A stretch of 64,000 nucleotides of DNA from Vitrella brassicaformis CCMP3155 (Eukaryota; Protista; Chromerida): assembly GCA_001179505.1 (NCBI GenBank), contig CDMY01001064.1, forward strand, positions 151,499-215,498, in the 5' to 3' direction. Below, one piece after another: positions 13,495-23,918 of the stretch (positions are counted from its first letter, which is position 1; each line of letters begins with the position of its first letter). The notes beneath the pieces are model-generated. The model saw only the letters and a program-made list of their open reading frames with translations. It made no database searches and was not told the origin of the DNA. A program made the translations under genes and the position numbers.

Positions 13495-15211
13495 ATGGCC
13501 CGTGTGGTCCTGGTAACGTCATGCTGCCTCCTGACGTTCGCTCTGCTTGCGGAGGCGCAGTTTCCAGCCCCAGGGGGATGGGCGTTTGAGCAGCTGCTGC
13601 CCAAGAATGAGGGCGAGCCCGAGGGCGCTGAGAGTGAAGTGACGCTCGCCCATCGGTTCAGCTTGTTCGGCAACCCCATCAAGATACCCGAGATGGACCT
13701 CGAGAAGTACCTCCCGCCACTCGTCCAACTCAACCTCAACCTTGCGGACGTAAGGAACGACACATCCCGTACCTGTGCGCATCGAGGATAACATGGCACA
13801 CCGATCTATATCGATGCATGCGCACTTGTGGATCATGTTATGATGCAGACCTTTTACAATGAAGACACGGTCGAGGTTAATGTCAACAGGGAGGTCGACG
13901 TGGCGAACAACGTCGACTACAGCCTTGGCGCCGGGGCAGCCGGTCAGACCCAGAGCTTCAAGAGCGGCCTCATGACCTTCCAGCTGCACGACAACCAGCT
14001 GCTGCTCCTCCCCGACCTCCCACTCGACGGCGTCAATCTGGCCAAGCCGGTCAGTGAGAGCCTGGCGGTCAAGGGCGAGGGCGACAAGAAGGAGACCAAG
14101 ATCGACGTCGCGTCGATTGGCATGGACGTGTTCGACCAAGGACACACTCTGTCAAAGCTCGATGGGCCCGTCATAGAAGGCGACCTCAAAGGCCACCCCA
14201 TCGGAGAGGTCTGTGGTGTGGGGGAAGGGGCCTTGAGAGGCCAAGGCATGTGTGTGTGGGTGTGTGACTGCACTGCAGGCGTTCCATGGTCGGTATGGGC
14301 GCTACCCACAGGGCAAAGAGGCACAGGACCTGATGCGGGGCGGCATCAGGTGAGGGGATCGCAAAAATGGCTTTCTCTATGACATGCCTTTGACGCTGTT
14401 CCTATCATCAGATTGCAGGCCCTGAAGAACGACGCCAGGAGGAGAGTCGCCGCAATCACCAAAACCAAGCCCGAAGGTCAGACACAAACGCAATCACGTT
14501 CCCCTCCCTCGTCTCTCCCTGTGCATCCATGTGCCCTCGTTCCCTGCCGTGTTGTACGTGCAGATCTGGTGATCAAGGGACAGTCGATGAGGGAGCGCGA
14601 GAACGGCTTCGACAAACTGATTGCGCTCGCCAAGAAGGCCTCTAGCTCATTCCTGGGCAACAGCGATGATGCCGACAGCACGTATGACGTCGACAAGAAA
14701 GACGATGGTACCGGCGACAAGACTCACGAAAGCGACAAGACCGAAGATTTCGGCAAGGAGGATTCTTTGGAGACCATGTCGGGCCTCCTCATGACAGTGC
14801 CCAATCCCACTGAAATGCTCGACAAAATGCCGGAGTTTCAGGACCTCGACAAATTGCTTCCGCCCATATTCGACCTCGACATCGCTGTGGTGAGACATGG
14901 AGGGAGGGGAAGGAGGAACAGACCAGCCACACGCGCACACGTCTCGCTGCACGCCATGTCGTGTGTGGTTGTGATTGGGTCAGATCAAGCACATCAACAA
15001 CACCGACGACATGAAGACCGTGACGGAAGTGGGCGACGAAATCGACGCGTCGATGGAGATCGGCAAGGGTGGCTTCGACGAGGAGTCGACTGAGGAGCAG
15101 AGCAACGGCATGCAGAACGTGGTCCTGTTTGACCAGGTCAAGGTTGAGAACGAGGAGGCCGACGTCTGGAAGGGACTCATCCCATTCCTCTTCGTTCTCG
15201 GCACTCAATAG
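13495..15211 (+). CDS. secreted acidic hypothetical protein with internal repeat, 5 exons
   Basis: Signal peptide MARVVLVTSCCLLTFALLAEA-QF. Exons join in frame at GAC|GTAAGG, GAG|GTCTGT, G|GTCAGA and GTG|GTGAGA. Stop TAG 15209-15211. Confidence 0.75.
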
Positions 15212-15365
15212 CCGTGCCGGTAGTCATTTGTGTTGCTTCTCAAACACGCATATATATATATATATATGTGGATGGCTACATCACATCTTTGGTGGGCCAG
15301 ATGCTTCGTGGCCGACGCTGTCGGGATTCTTTTGGGATGCGTTTAGCGTGCCACTCGCCACAGTT

Positions 15366-15399
<34 letters not shown>

Positions 15400-16576
15400 T
15401 GTCTGTGTGTCTGTGTGTCTGTGCGTGAGTGTTAATGCTGGCTTGCTTTTCTCCGTGTCTCTTCCTTTCCTTTGCGAACTCTCTTTTGCTGCTTCTATAG
15501 CTGCTGCTGGTTTTGGTCTGTGCCCGATATCTCTGTGTAACGATCAGAGAGGGCAGCGACGGCAGCAGAGAGAGCCACAGCAGCTGCGGCCTTCATTTCA
15601 CATTCTCTTTCTCGTTTAACCAACCTGCCTTGCGGTGTCTCCTCTGTCTTCGATTCTTCTACATGAGTCTCTCTCCCCCTCCCCCTCTCGCTTTCCCCCT
15701 CCCTCTCCTTATATCCATCCCCCCGCTGCTGCCATCTTTTGCCTGAGTTCGTGTGTGTGTGTGTGCGTGTGTGGTGGTGCCTGTGTGTCTGAGTGTCTCT
15801 ATTGTTGCTTATGGTTGACGTTGATTGGTGTTTCTCCAGCTGAGCTGGCGCCGTGGCGTGTTAGCTACGGCCTTTTGGTGGCGTGTCGTGGTGGGCTGAT
15901 TTGAGTGGTGAGTGCGCCATGGGTAGTAGGTAGGTCATCCATCCCATCCTCCATTCTTCCATCCATGCACACATCCATCCACACATCCATCCACACATCC
16001 ATTGGGTGTTTTATCAATAGTGAAGAGTGAGAGGCGGCGGCCGGAGACGCGAGAGATATAGTGTGGTGACACATGTGTGTGTGCGTGCGTGCAGGCATGT
16101 GTGGACAGGAGGTGACTAGCCTGGATTGGCTCTCGCCCGGTTGTCTCTCTCGTGCCGCCTCATGACATCATGGAGTGACTGGCTCGAGGGAGGGAGGGAA
16201 GGAGAGAGAGGCGGGGATGCCTCACCTCACATGCATGATCAATGATATTGATTGACTGATGATCGGTCGTGTCGTGTGTGCCAACGAGAGACTGCACAGG
16301 TCCGTACAAAACGCCAAAAAGACCTACAGCATGACTGTACAAATAGAGATAAGATACAGAGATACACGGCCCAACCCACGCCGGTATGGCTCTCTTAAAG
16401 GCTGGCTCTACGACGGATAAAGTCCAAGAACTCACAACACACACACATCTCTCGCCGCCTGTCTGGTCTGTCTCTCATCGCTCGCTCTCACATAAGAACT
16501 ACACACATGGGGCAAAAGACGCAACAGAAAGGAGGGTACATCACTGGGAGGGAGCACACACACAGCACACACTCAG

Positions 16577-18867
16577 TCACTTCTTCTTCGCCTTGGCGGG
16601 AGCTCCCTTTTCGACGACGTCACGGTGGTTGTCTTGGTGATGGAAGTCGATCATGATGAACCGACCCTCCACCCAACGGAGACCCACATACGACGACGCA
16701 CTCGCCAGGGCCGCCAGCGACATCAGCGCAATGCTGCCGACGCCTGTCCTCCTGCAGTTGTCCAGTGCAGTGCATCCACACACAGACAGTCAGCACACAG
16801 AGTCGTCTCATGATACCGGCGGACTGACCTGAGCAGGGCCGATGTGAAAGTCGCTGTGGATGTGAGAAAGGCGAGGGCCAGCGACGCCAACTTGCCACGC
16901 CTGATGGATGGATGCATCGTCGGCATTCATTGTGTCTGTCATGCACTCTGTCACTCCTTCTTTTCGACATGACATGCATAGGTACCTAATGTTCCTCATG
17001 GCGCCCATACAGATGGGGCAGTGTTTGGTGTGCGATTCATACACGTCCTGCAGCAGAGACCGGTCGCGCTCAGCGCTGCCAAGGGCCTGCACAAGGAAAG
17101 GAAACAACAAAACGCACACACCTTACTCAAATCATGGTTGCTCACTCACCGATGAGGCCTGTAGCCGTGGGTATGTGTTGGCATAGGTCGGGATGATGCC
17201 TGGGGGCGAGAACTTGTGCAGCCATCGCCTCAGCGACCGAGTGGGGACGTCAGAGGCACTCGGTAGGAAACAGACACGGTCATAGGGCACGCCCTCCTGC
17301 GGCGACTGGCCGCTCGCCGCACCCACAGCGGCCATCTGGTTCAGGATATTCCTCTCTGCAGCAATGAAGCATGCACATCAGGGTGTTTGTGTATTGTGCT
17401 GGGGGGTGTAGGCATAGCCTACCCTGTTGGTGCGGGAAGACCATGTCCTGGTTAAGGAAGTAGGTCTCCCACATGTGACGCACGAAATGGGGGATCACGT
17501 CATACTTCTGAGGGATGCTCGACGCAGCACGCATGAACAGACGGGAACGACCTGCACACACACACACACACACACACACCCACAGAGCGACATACACAAC
17601 CCGTTTGTTTGTGTGTGCATGCCTCTGTCCCCATACTGACCAGGCTCTTGCGGCACACAGTAGCATATCATGTAGTTGGTGCGCTCGCCCTTCTGCGTGC
17701 GGTACTCCAGCCGGCAGGGCGGCCGGAACGTGACGGTATACGAATCGAGGGCCCTCGACCACCCGCCCAGCACGGCCGACACGAAGCCATCGGTCATCGA
17801 CACGTTGGACGCGAGGGCCATGTCGAGCGGGCCCGCACTCTCACGCGACACCTTGGTGCCCTGCAGCGTGATAGAGTTGTGATGCGTCACTGACAAGGGG
17901 GACACACAGCAAGAGAGAGAGAGAGATGAACGGATATCTGCCAGGTACGCAGCCCAGGGCCTACCAGGTACGTGTGCGGGGTCCAGGAGGTTCTCGAGTA
18001 GCGCCTCGGCGCCGTAGGGCATGTCCCTCATGTACATGAAGTGGCGACCGTCATTCCATGTCGACTGGAAAGAAGGCAGCTCCAGCTCATCCACTATCGG
18101 CAGAGGCGTGGTTGCCGATGCCTTGAGGCCCTCAGGCGAGATGTCAAGCCATATCCACACGTGACCTTGGGCAACCTACACAGACAGACAGACAGACAGA
18201 CAGGTGTCCTGAATGGTTTTATGTGTTTGGTGCTCCGTCCTCCCACCTGGCATGGAACGGCTTGTGCGCAGGCCCTTTTGTTTTTGGTAGCGAATTTGAC
18301 ATTGGTGTTTTTTGCCTGGGGGATGTCAAGGCATTTGCCGTCGGGTCCGCCGAAGGCCCAGCCGTGGTAGGCACACGTGATGGTGTGCTGGTACTTGTCC
18401 ACAATGCCCTCACTCAGCGGCGCCAGCCGGTGCGGACAGCGGTCGACATAACACCGCCACGCATTGCCGTCGTGCCACACACAGAACGAGCTCCCCAGCA
18501 CACGAACCGCATGGGCGTGGCCCCGGTCAGCGCTCTCAGACAACAGCACCGGGTACCACGCCCGCAACCAATCATAGCGCTCGGCCGCAGGTGGCCGGTC
18601 CTCGGCAGCCGACAGATCTTCATCGACATGGGAATACTCCTGAATGAGCGGGAAGGATGCAGCAGTGGGCACGGCCGCGTCCGCAGCGACGCTTGCAGAT
18701 ATATCGGGCGCAGCAACAGCATCATCTAGCGGGGCTGCTGTGTGCCGCGATAGCCTCAGTCGCCTTGGCGAGGGAATGGGAAAGAGCGATGAGTGGCCGA
18801 CGAAGGCGGCATCTGCGTGCCATGTGCTGAGGGGCAGGGTGAGCGAGAGAAGGAGCACCGACGCCAT
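16577..18867 (-). CDS. Rieske [2Fe-2S] non-heme oxygenase, pheophorbide a oxygenase / TIC55 / PTC52 family (paralog 1), bipartite plastid leader
   Basis: Rieske motif [11 protein letters not shown]...CAYHGW, iron-binding [19 protein letters not shown]-terminal HTKHCPIC (CxxC) and hydrophobic helices. Leader [27 protein letters not shown]. Confidence 0.9.
18247..18561 (-). repeat. 315-bp near-identical inverted repeat with 24231-24545 (Rieske domains of the two oxygenases)
   Basis: Manual comparison found about 6 substitutions in 315 bp. Confidence 0.9.
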
Positions 18868-19038
18868 GGGTGCCGCAGACGAGAGGAAAGGTACTGCAAT
18901 GACTGCACTGTTGCCTCAACGGCAACACGTGGTCGAGCTCGCAAAACGCGTCACTCCCCGTTGTCTCCCTTCCGTGAGGCTTCCGTGAGCCCGTGCCTGT
19001 CCCGCCGTCCGCAGATCTCTCACTCTCTCGTATCGACA

Positions 19039-20582
19039 ATGATGTTCAAGATCCTTGCCCTCGCCCTTCTCGCTGTGGGTCTCGTCAACGGCGCCGGCGA
19101 GGCAGCGGCGGAGAGTGCATCGGCACCCGCTGAAGCTGCTCCCGCTGCTGCGGCCCAACCTGAGCAGGAAGGAGAACCTGCTGAGCCAACCGACAACATC
19201 ATCGACGTTGCCGAGGAAAATGGCTTTCTCCTTCTGCTCACCGCCCTCAAGGCCGCCGACCTCACCGACACTCTCAAGGGCGACGGCCCGTTCACCGTCT
19301 TCGCACCCACCGATGAGGTGAAACGCACTCTCTCCCTGTGCTGACTGCACCGTTCATCACTGTGGCTAGTCATGTGTGGTGCATGTCTCCTGTTCTGCAG
19401 GCCTTTAAGGCTCTGGGGGAGGATGCTTTAGCGGAGCTCCTCAAGCCCGAAAACAAGGAGAAGCTAGCGGGCATCCTCAAATACCACGTCGTGGCGGGCA
19501 AGTTTGGCTCGGAGGATCTCACAGACGGGCAGGTGGTGCCGACTCTCCAGGGCGAGTCGGTGACGGAGACGATCGATAGCGACGGGACAATCATGGTGAA
19601 CGACGCAACGGTGGACCCTGCCGACGTGAGTAGTCAACACAGCACACCGCACCACAGAGAGAAAGATGCCTGCCTGCTGCAGTCATCTGTGTGGGTTCTC
19701 CCTCCCTGTGTGTTGTCAGGTCCCGGCCAGCAACGGCATCGTCCACGTCATCGATAAGGTGCTCATACCTCCCAAACCCGACGAAGGTGAGGATGGCGGG
19801 TCGCGCCGCTCTCTGCGGGCCATGTAGAGAGAGGAGAGGCCTTTCTTCCTTCTTTTCTAGCTGGGGCTAGTCAGGGTGTGGGCTCGTTCTTGTCTCTGTT
19901 GTTTATCTCTCTTGTCTGTCTGTCTGTCTGTCTGTCTGCCTGTGTACACGCTGCTTCAGAAGTGGGCACCATTGCCGAGGTTGCCGCGGCCACGCCTGAG
20001 CTGAGCATTCTCGTCGATGCCCTCACGGCCGCTGACCTCGTGCAGACCCTTGAGGGCGATGGCCCATTCACCGTCTTCGCACCCACCGATGAGGTGGGAT
20101 GCACTGTCCTCTCTGTCCTGACTGCGCCGTTCATCACTGTGGCTATCCATGTGTGTCGCGTCTCCTCTCTGCAGGCCTTCGTTAAGCTGCTGGCGGAGTT
20201 GGGTGTGACCTTGGAGGATCTCGTCGCCGACACGGAGAAGCTAAAGGACATCCTCCTCTACCACGTCGTTAGTGGCGCGGTTAAAGCGGCGGATCTTGAA
20301 ACGGGCCCGGTGATGACTGTCCAGGGCGGCAATGTGCAGGTGACGGTCAAGGACGACGGGACAATCATCTTGAACGAGGGAACGAACGACGCAACGGTTG
20401 TGATCAAAGACGTGAGTAATGCACACGCCACACCACACCTCAAGAGAGAAAGGCCTGCCTGCTGCAGAAATTTGTGAGGGTTCTCCCTCCCTTTGTGTTT
20501 TCAGGTCCCGGCCAGCAACGGCGTCGTCCACGTCATCAGTGAAGTGCTCACACCTCCGACTCGCCGCTCTCTCCGTCATTAA
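19039..20582 (+). CDS. secreted fasciclin (FAS1) protein, probably two tandem FAS1 domains
   Basis: Signal peptide [18 protein letters not shown]. Both domains show H1 [13 protein letters not shown], the LKYHVV/LLYHVV motif and H2 [13 protein letters not shown] / [13 protein letters not shown]. An in-frame intron 19787-19959 links domain 1 to domain 2; the alternative stop is TAG 19825-19827. Confidence 0.85.
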
Positions 20583-21710
20583 AGAGGAGAGGCCTTCCGA
20601 CCGGGGCTAGTCAGGGCGTGGGCTCGTTCTCGTCTGTCTTCTCTCTCTCTCTCTCTCTCTCTCCCTGTCTGTCTCTCTCAGTCTTGACTCCGTGTACCCG
20701 CTGCTTCAAGGTCAGTGGGGCGAGTTTTGTCGAGACCAGGTGGTATGTGATAAGCGCACCTCTGCTATGCTCACCACGCCCGCTCGACACGTCCATGCAC
20801 ATGAGGAAAGTGATCGTGTGCATGTGTGTGTGTGTGTGTGTGTGTGTGTGGAGGGCGGAGAGGGAGCAGGGGGGTGGCACACGCGTATTGTGGGCTGACC
20901 ATTTGTTTTTCTGGGACCCACAGCGACGTTGCTGTGGGTGCGTGGTGGGGTGAGACAGCTGTGGTGAAGTTTATCGTTGCCCTTTATCGATCCATGTAGT
21001 GTCCATGTAGTGTGTGCATGCCGTTCATACTGTGTGCGAGCCCCTGCCTCTCAGAGGCAGTCTGAGAGGCAGGCTCGCTCGCTCTTTATGATAGCCACAC
21101 ATTCATTCACACATGGGCCGACTCAGGCCGACGTCTCTCTAATTCATCCACTTGCACTGGTGAGTGCATCTGTGGCATGTATAAAGGGGCAGATAGGGGG
21201 ATGATGGGATGATGGATGGGAGGTCACGCCATACTTGATACATCCATGATACTTGATGACAGAGTCACGTCACGCTTCTCCGTTCACACCCACACACGTC
21301 ACACCACACACACACACATTTCCACACTGGGCTCGGTTCGCGACGCACGATTTTAGCAGAACAGGCACTGGAAGGATCATTTGGCACATGTGTGACGGGC
21401 GGGGTTGCGTGAGTGTGCGGGTCTGTGTGCGTGCGCGTGCGGGTGTGTGTACTGTTGGCGCGCGACGCCTGGCAGGCGTCGGCTCCCACAGGCAAGGGAC
21501 ACCCAGGCAGAGAGATTTTCAGTGGAATGACGACGGGAGGGCTGCATGTGTTGATATCACACGTGTTGCCGTTACCTGATCCTTCATTGCAGATGTCTGC
21601 CAACTTGTCTTGTGAGTGGGGACTGGGCACAGGGGGGACAAGGGCGTGGGCGTAAAGGAAGCGCAACACATCGTCTCCCGAGATCAGATGTGCAGGCCAC
21701 CCGCAGCCGA
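20545..21710 (+). repeat. duplicated non-coding spacer, copy A (copy B about 22625-23800; partial copy about 19800-19960)
   Basis: Shared blocks in the same order, e.g. GAGAGGAGAGGCCTT, GAGACCAGGTGGTATGTGATAA, TTTATCGATCCATGTAGTG, GTGAGTGGGGACT...CACAGGGGGGACAAGGGC.TGGGCGTAAAGGAAGCG. Confidence 0.85.
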
Positions 21711-21809
21711 CAAAGGCGTCATGCATTGAAGCGCAAGATCAGAGAAGGCGACAACCTCTTTTGAGTGCAGGGGTGTCCGTAAAACAGTAAAGGCGAGTGT
21801 TTAGGCAAT

Positions 21810-21840
21810 GCGTGAAACCGGAAGGGAGGTGGAGCTCGCA
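21810..21840 (+). promoter_or_regulatory. candidate promoter motif pair GCGTGAAACCG ... AGCTCGCA upstream of the FAS1 gene
   Basis: The same two motifs occur at 29262-29300 and, as variants, at 53007-53041. Function is inferred only. Confidence 0.35.
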
Positions 21841-21918
21841 AAGATCCGACGTCAAGATCCGCTCCCCCGCTCGTGCCTGTCCCGCCTTCCGCAGATCTCT
21901 CACTCTCTCGTATCGACA

Positions 21919-22604
21919 ATGATGTTCAAGATCCTTGCTGTCGCCCTTCTCGCTGTGGGTCTCGTCAACGGCGCCGGCGAGGCAGGCGCCGCCGAGGCAC
22001 AAGTGTCAGGAGATGGTGCGTCGGCACCCGCTGAGGCTCCTCCCGCTGGTGCGGCCGAACCTCAGCAGGCAGGAGGAGAGCCACCTGCTGATGCTGAGGC
22101 AACTGGTGACATCGTCGACATTGCCTCAGAGACAGATGACCTCAGCACTCTGGTCACCGCCCTGGAGGCCGCTGGCCTCGTGGAGACCCTCCAGGGCGCT
22201 GGCCCATTCACCGTCTTCGCACCCACCAATGCGGTGAGATGCACTCTCGTGTGCTGACTGCACCATTCGCCACTGTAGCCATGTGTGTGGTGCATGTCTC
22301 CTGTCTGCAGGCCTTTGAGGATGTGCCGAACTTAGACGAGATCCTCGCCGACCCGGAGGAGCTAAAGGACATCCTCCTCTACCACGTCGTGAGTGGCGAG
22401 ACTGCCTCGACAGATATCCCAACGACTGCCAAGAAGGTGGCGACTGTCGAGGGCGAGGAGGTCGATGTGCTGAGGGATGACACGGCCACACCGAATACAG
22501 TCACGGTGACCGACGCGCAAGGAACGACGTACGATGTGGTGAAGGCCGACATCAAGGCCACTAACGGCGTCATCCACATCATCAATGGAGTGCTCATTCC
22601 CTGA
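21919..22604 (+). CDS. secreted fasciclin (FAS1) protein, single domain, 2 exons
   Basis: Near-identical 5' flank and signal peptide to the 19039 gene. [11 protein letters not shown]|[23 protein letters not shown]. Confidence 0.9.
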
Positions 22605-22624
22605 GCCGACGATGGTGCGGATGG

Positions 22625-23800
22625 TGAGTCGTGCCGCTCTCTGCGTGCATGTGAGAGAGGAGAGGCCTTTCTTCCTTCTTTTCTTATTGGGGCTGGTCAG
22701 GGTGTGGGCTCGCGCTTGTCCATCGCTCTTGTCTGTCTGTCTCTCTCCGCCTGACTCTGTGCACACCCTTCTTCATGAGTGCGGCGAGTTTTGTTGAGAC
22801 CAGGTGGTATGTGATAATCGCACCTCTGCTATGCTCACCACGCTCGCTCGACACGTAGATGCAGATCAGCAACGTGACTGTGCGTGTGTGTGTGTCCGAG
22901 GGAGGAAGGGAGTGGCATGTGTGTTTTTTTGAGATCCACAGCAACGGTGCTGTCTGTGTGAGTGTGGTGTGTGTGTGCGTGATGATGCTGTGATGACGTC
23001 CGTTGTTGTTTTATCGATCCATGTAGTGCGTGCGCGTTTTTTCCGCTTGCTGTGTCCGAGCCCCTGCCTGTCAGAGGCACGGCGGCTCGCTCTCTCTGAT
23101 ACCGACACATACAGACATTGGCCGACCCGGCTAACACGTGTCTGCTATTCACCTGCATGAAGGTGTGTTGTGTGCATTTGTGGGAGAGGGGGAGAGGGGT
23201 GGGGCTGATGGGTGTCCACCACGCGCTTCTTGATGGTGTCACATGACTGCTTGTCGTTCGCACTCACACACGTCACACCACACACACACAGATTTTCGCA
23301 TCGGCTGGGTTCGCGACGCACCAATTTTCGCACGACAGGCGCTGGCTGGATCACCTGACGTGTGTGTGACGGCCGCGTGTTTTCTGAGGCGTCTTTCTTG
23401 TGGCTGGCTGGAAGGGATGTAAGACACGCAGAGGTGTGTAGGTCCACGCCTCTATCTGTTCGTCGTCTGAGTCATTCGTTGTGTTTTGTATGTGGTGTTC
23501 ACTTTGGGGCTTGGGCTTGGCGTGCGTGTGTGTTCGGGTGTGTGTATTCGCGGCGCGACGCATCTTCGCGTCCCACCTAGGGAACGGAGAGGTGTCTGCG
23601 CCATAGCCATGGGACGCTCAGGCAGACAGATTTGCAGACGAATGATGGTGCGGAGGCTGCATGTGTGATGAATTCGCACCTGCTGCTGTCGCGTCATCCT
23701 TTCTTTGCAGATCTGTCGGCCTGCTTGTTTTGTGAGTGGGGACTACACAGGGGGGACAAGGGCATGGGCGTAAAGGAAGCGGTCAACACATGATCTCCTC
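22625..23800 (+). repeat. duplicated non-coding spacer, copy B
   Basis: Collinear, diverged copy of 20545-21710 (see that entry). Confidence 0.85.
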
Positions 23801-23918
23801 CTCACAATTTGCAAGCCAAGCTCGCAGCCTCGCAGATCTTGCGTTCTGGAGCACAGCAGAGGGCTGTCCTGCGCCCGTGGCAAACATGTTTGTTTCAGCT
23901 CTGGCAGATCTTCGGAAG

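Noticed and set aside
16160-16444. AT-richer ORF that might be a retroelement fragment
   Set aside because: No recognisable RT, integrase or endonuclease motif, and no terminal repeats.
19878-19959. GTG-initiated 'signal peptide' [23 protein letters not shown] for FAS1 domain 2
   Set aside because: Non-ATG start, and the hydrophobicity comes from a (GTCT)n polypyrimidine tract; better explained as intron.
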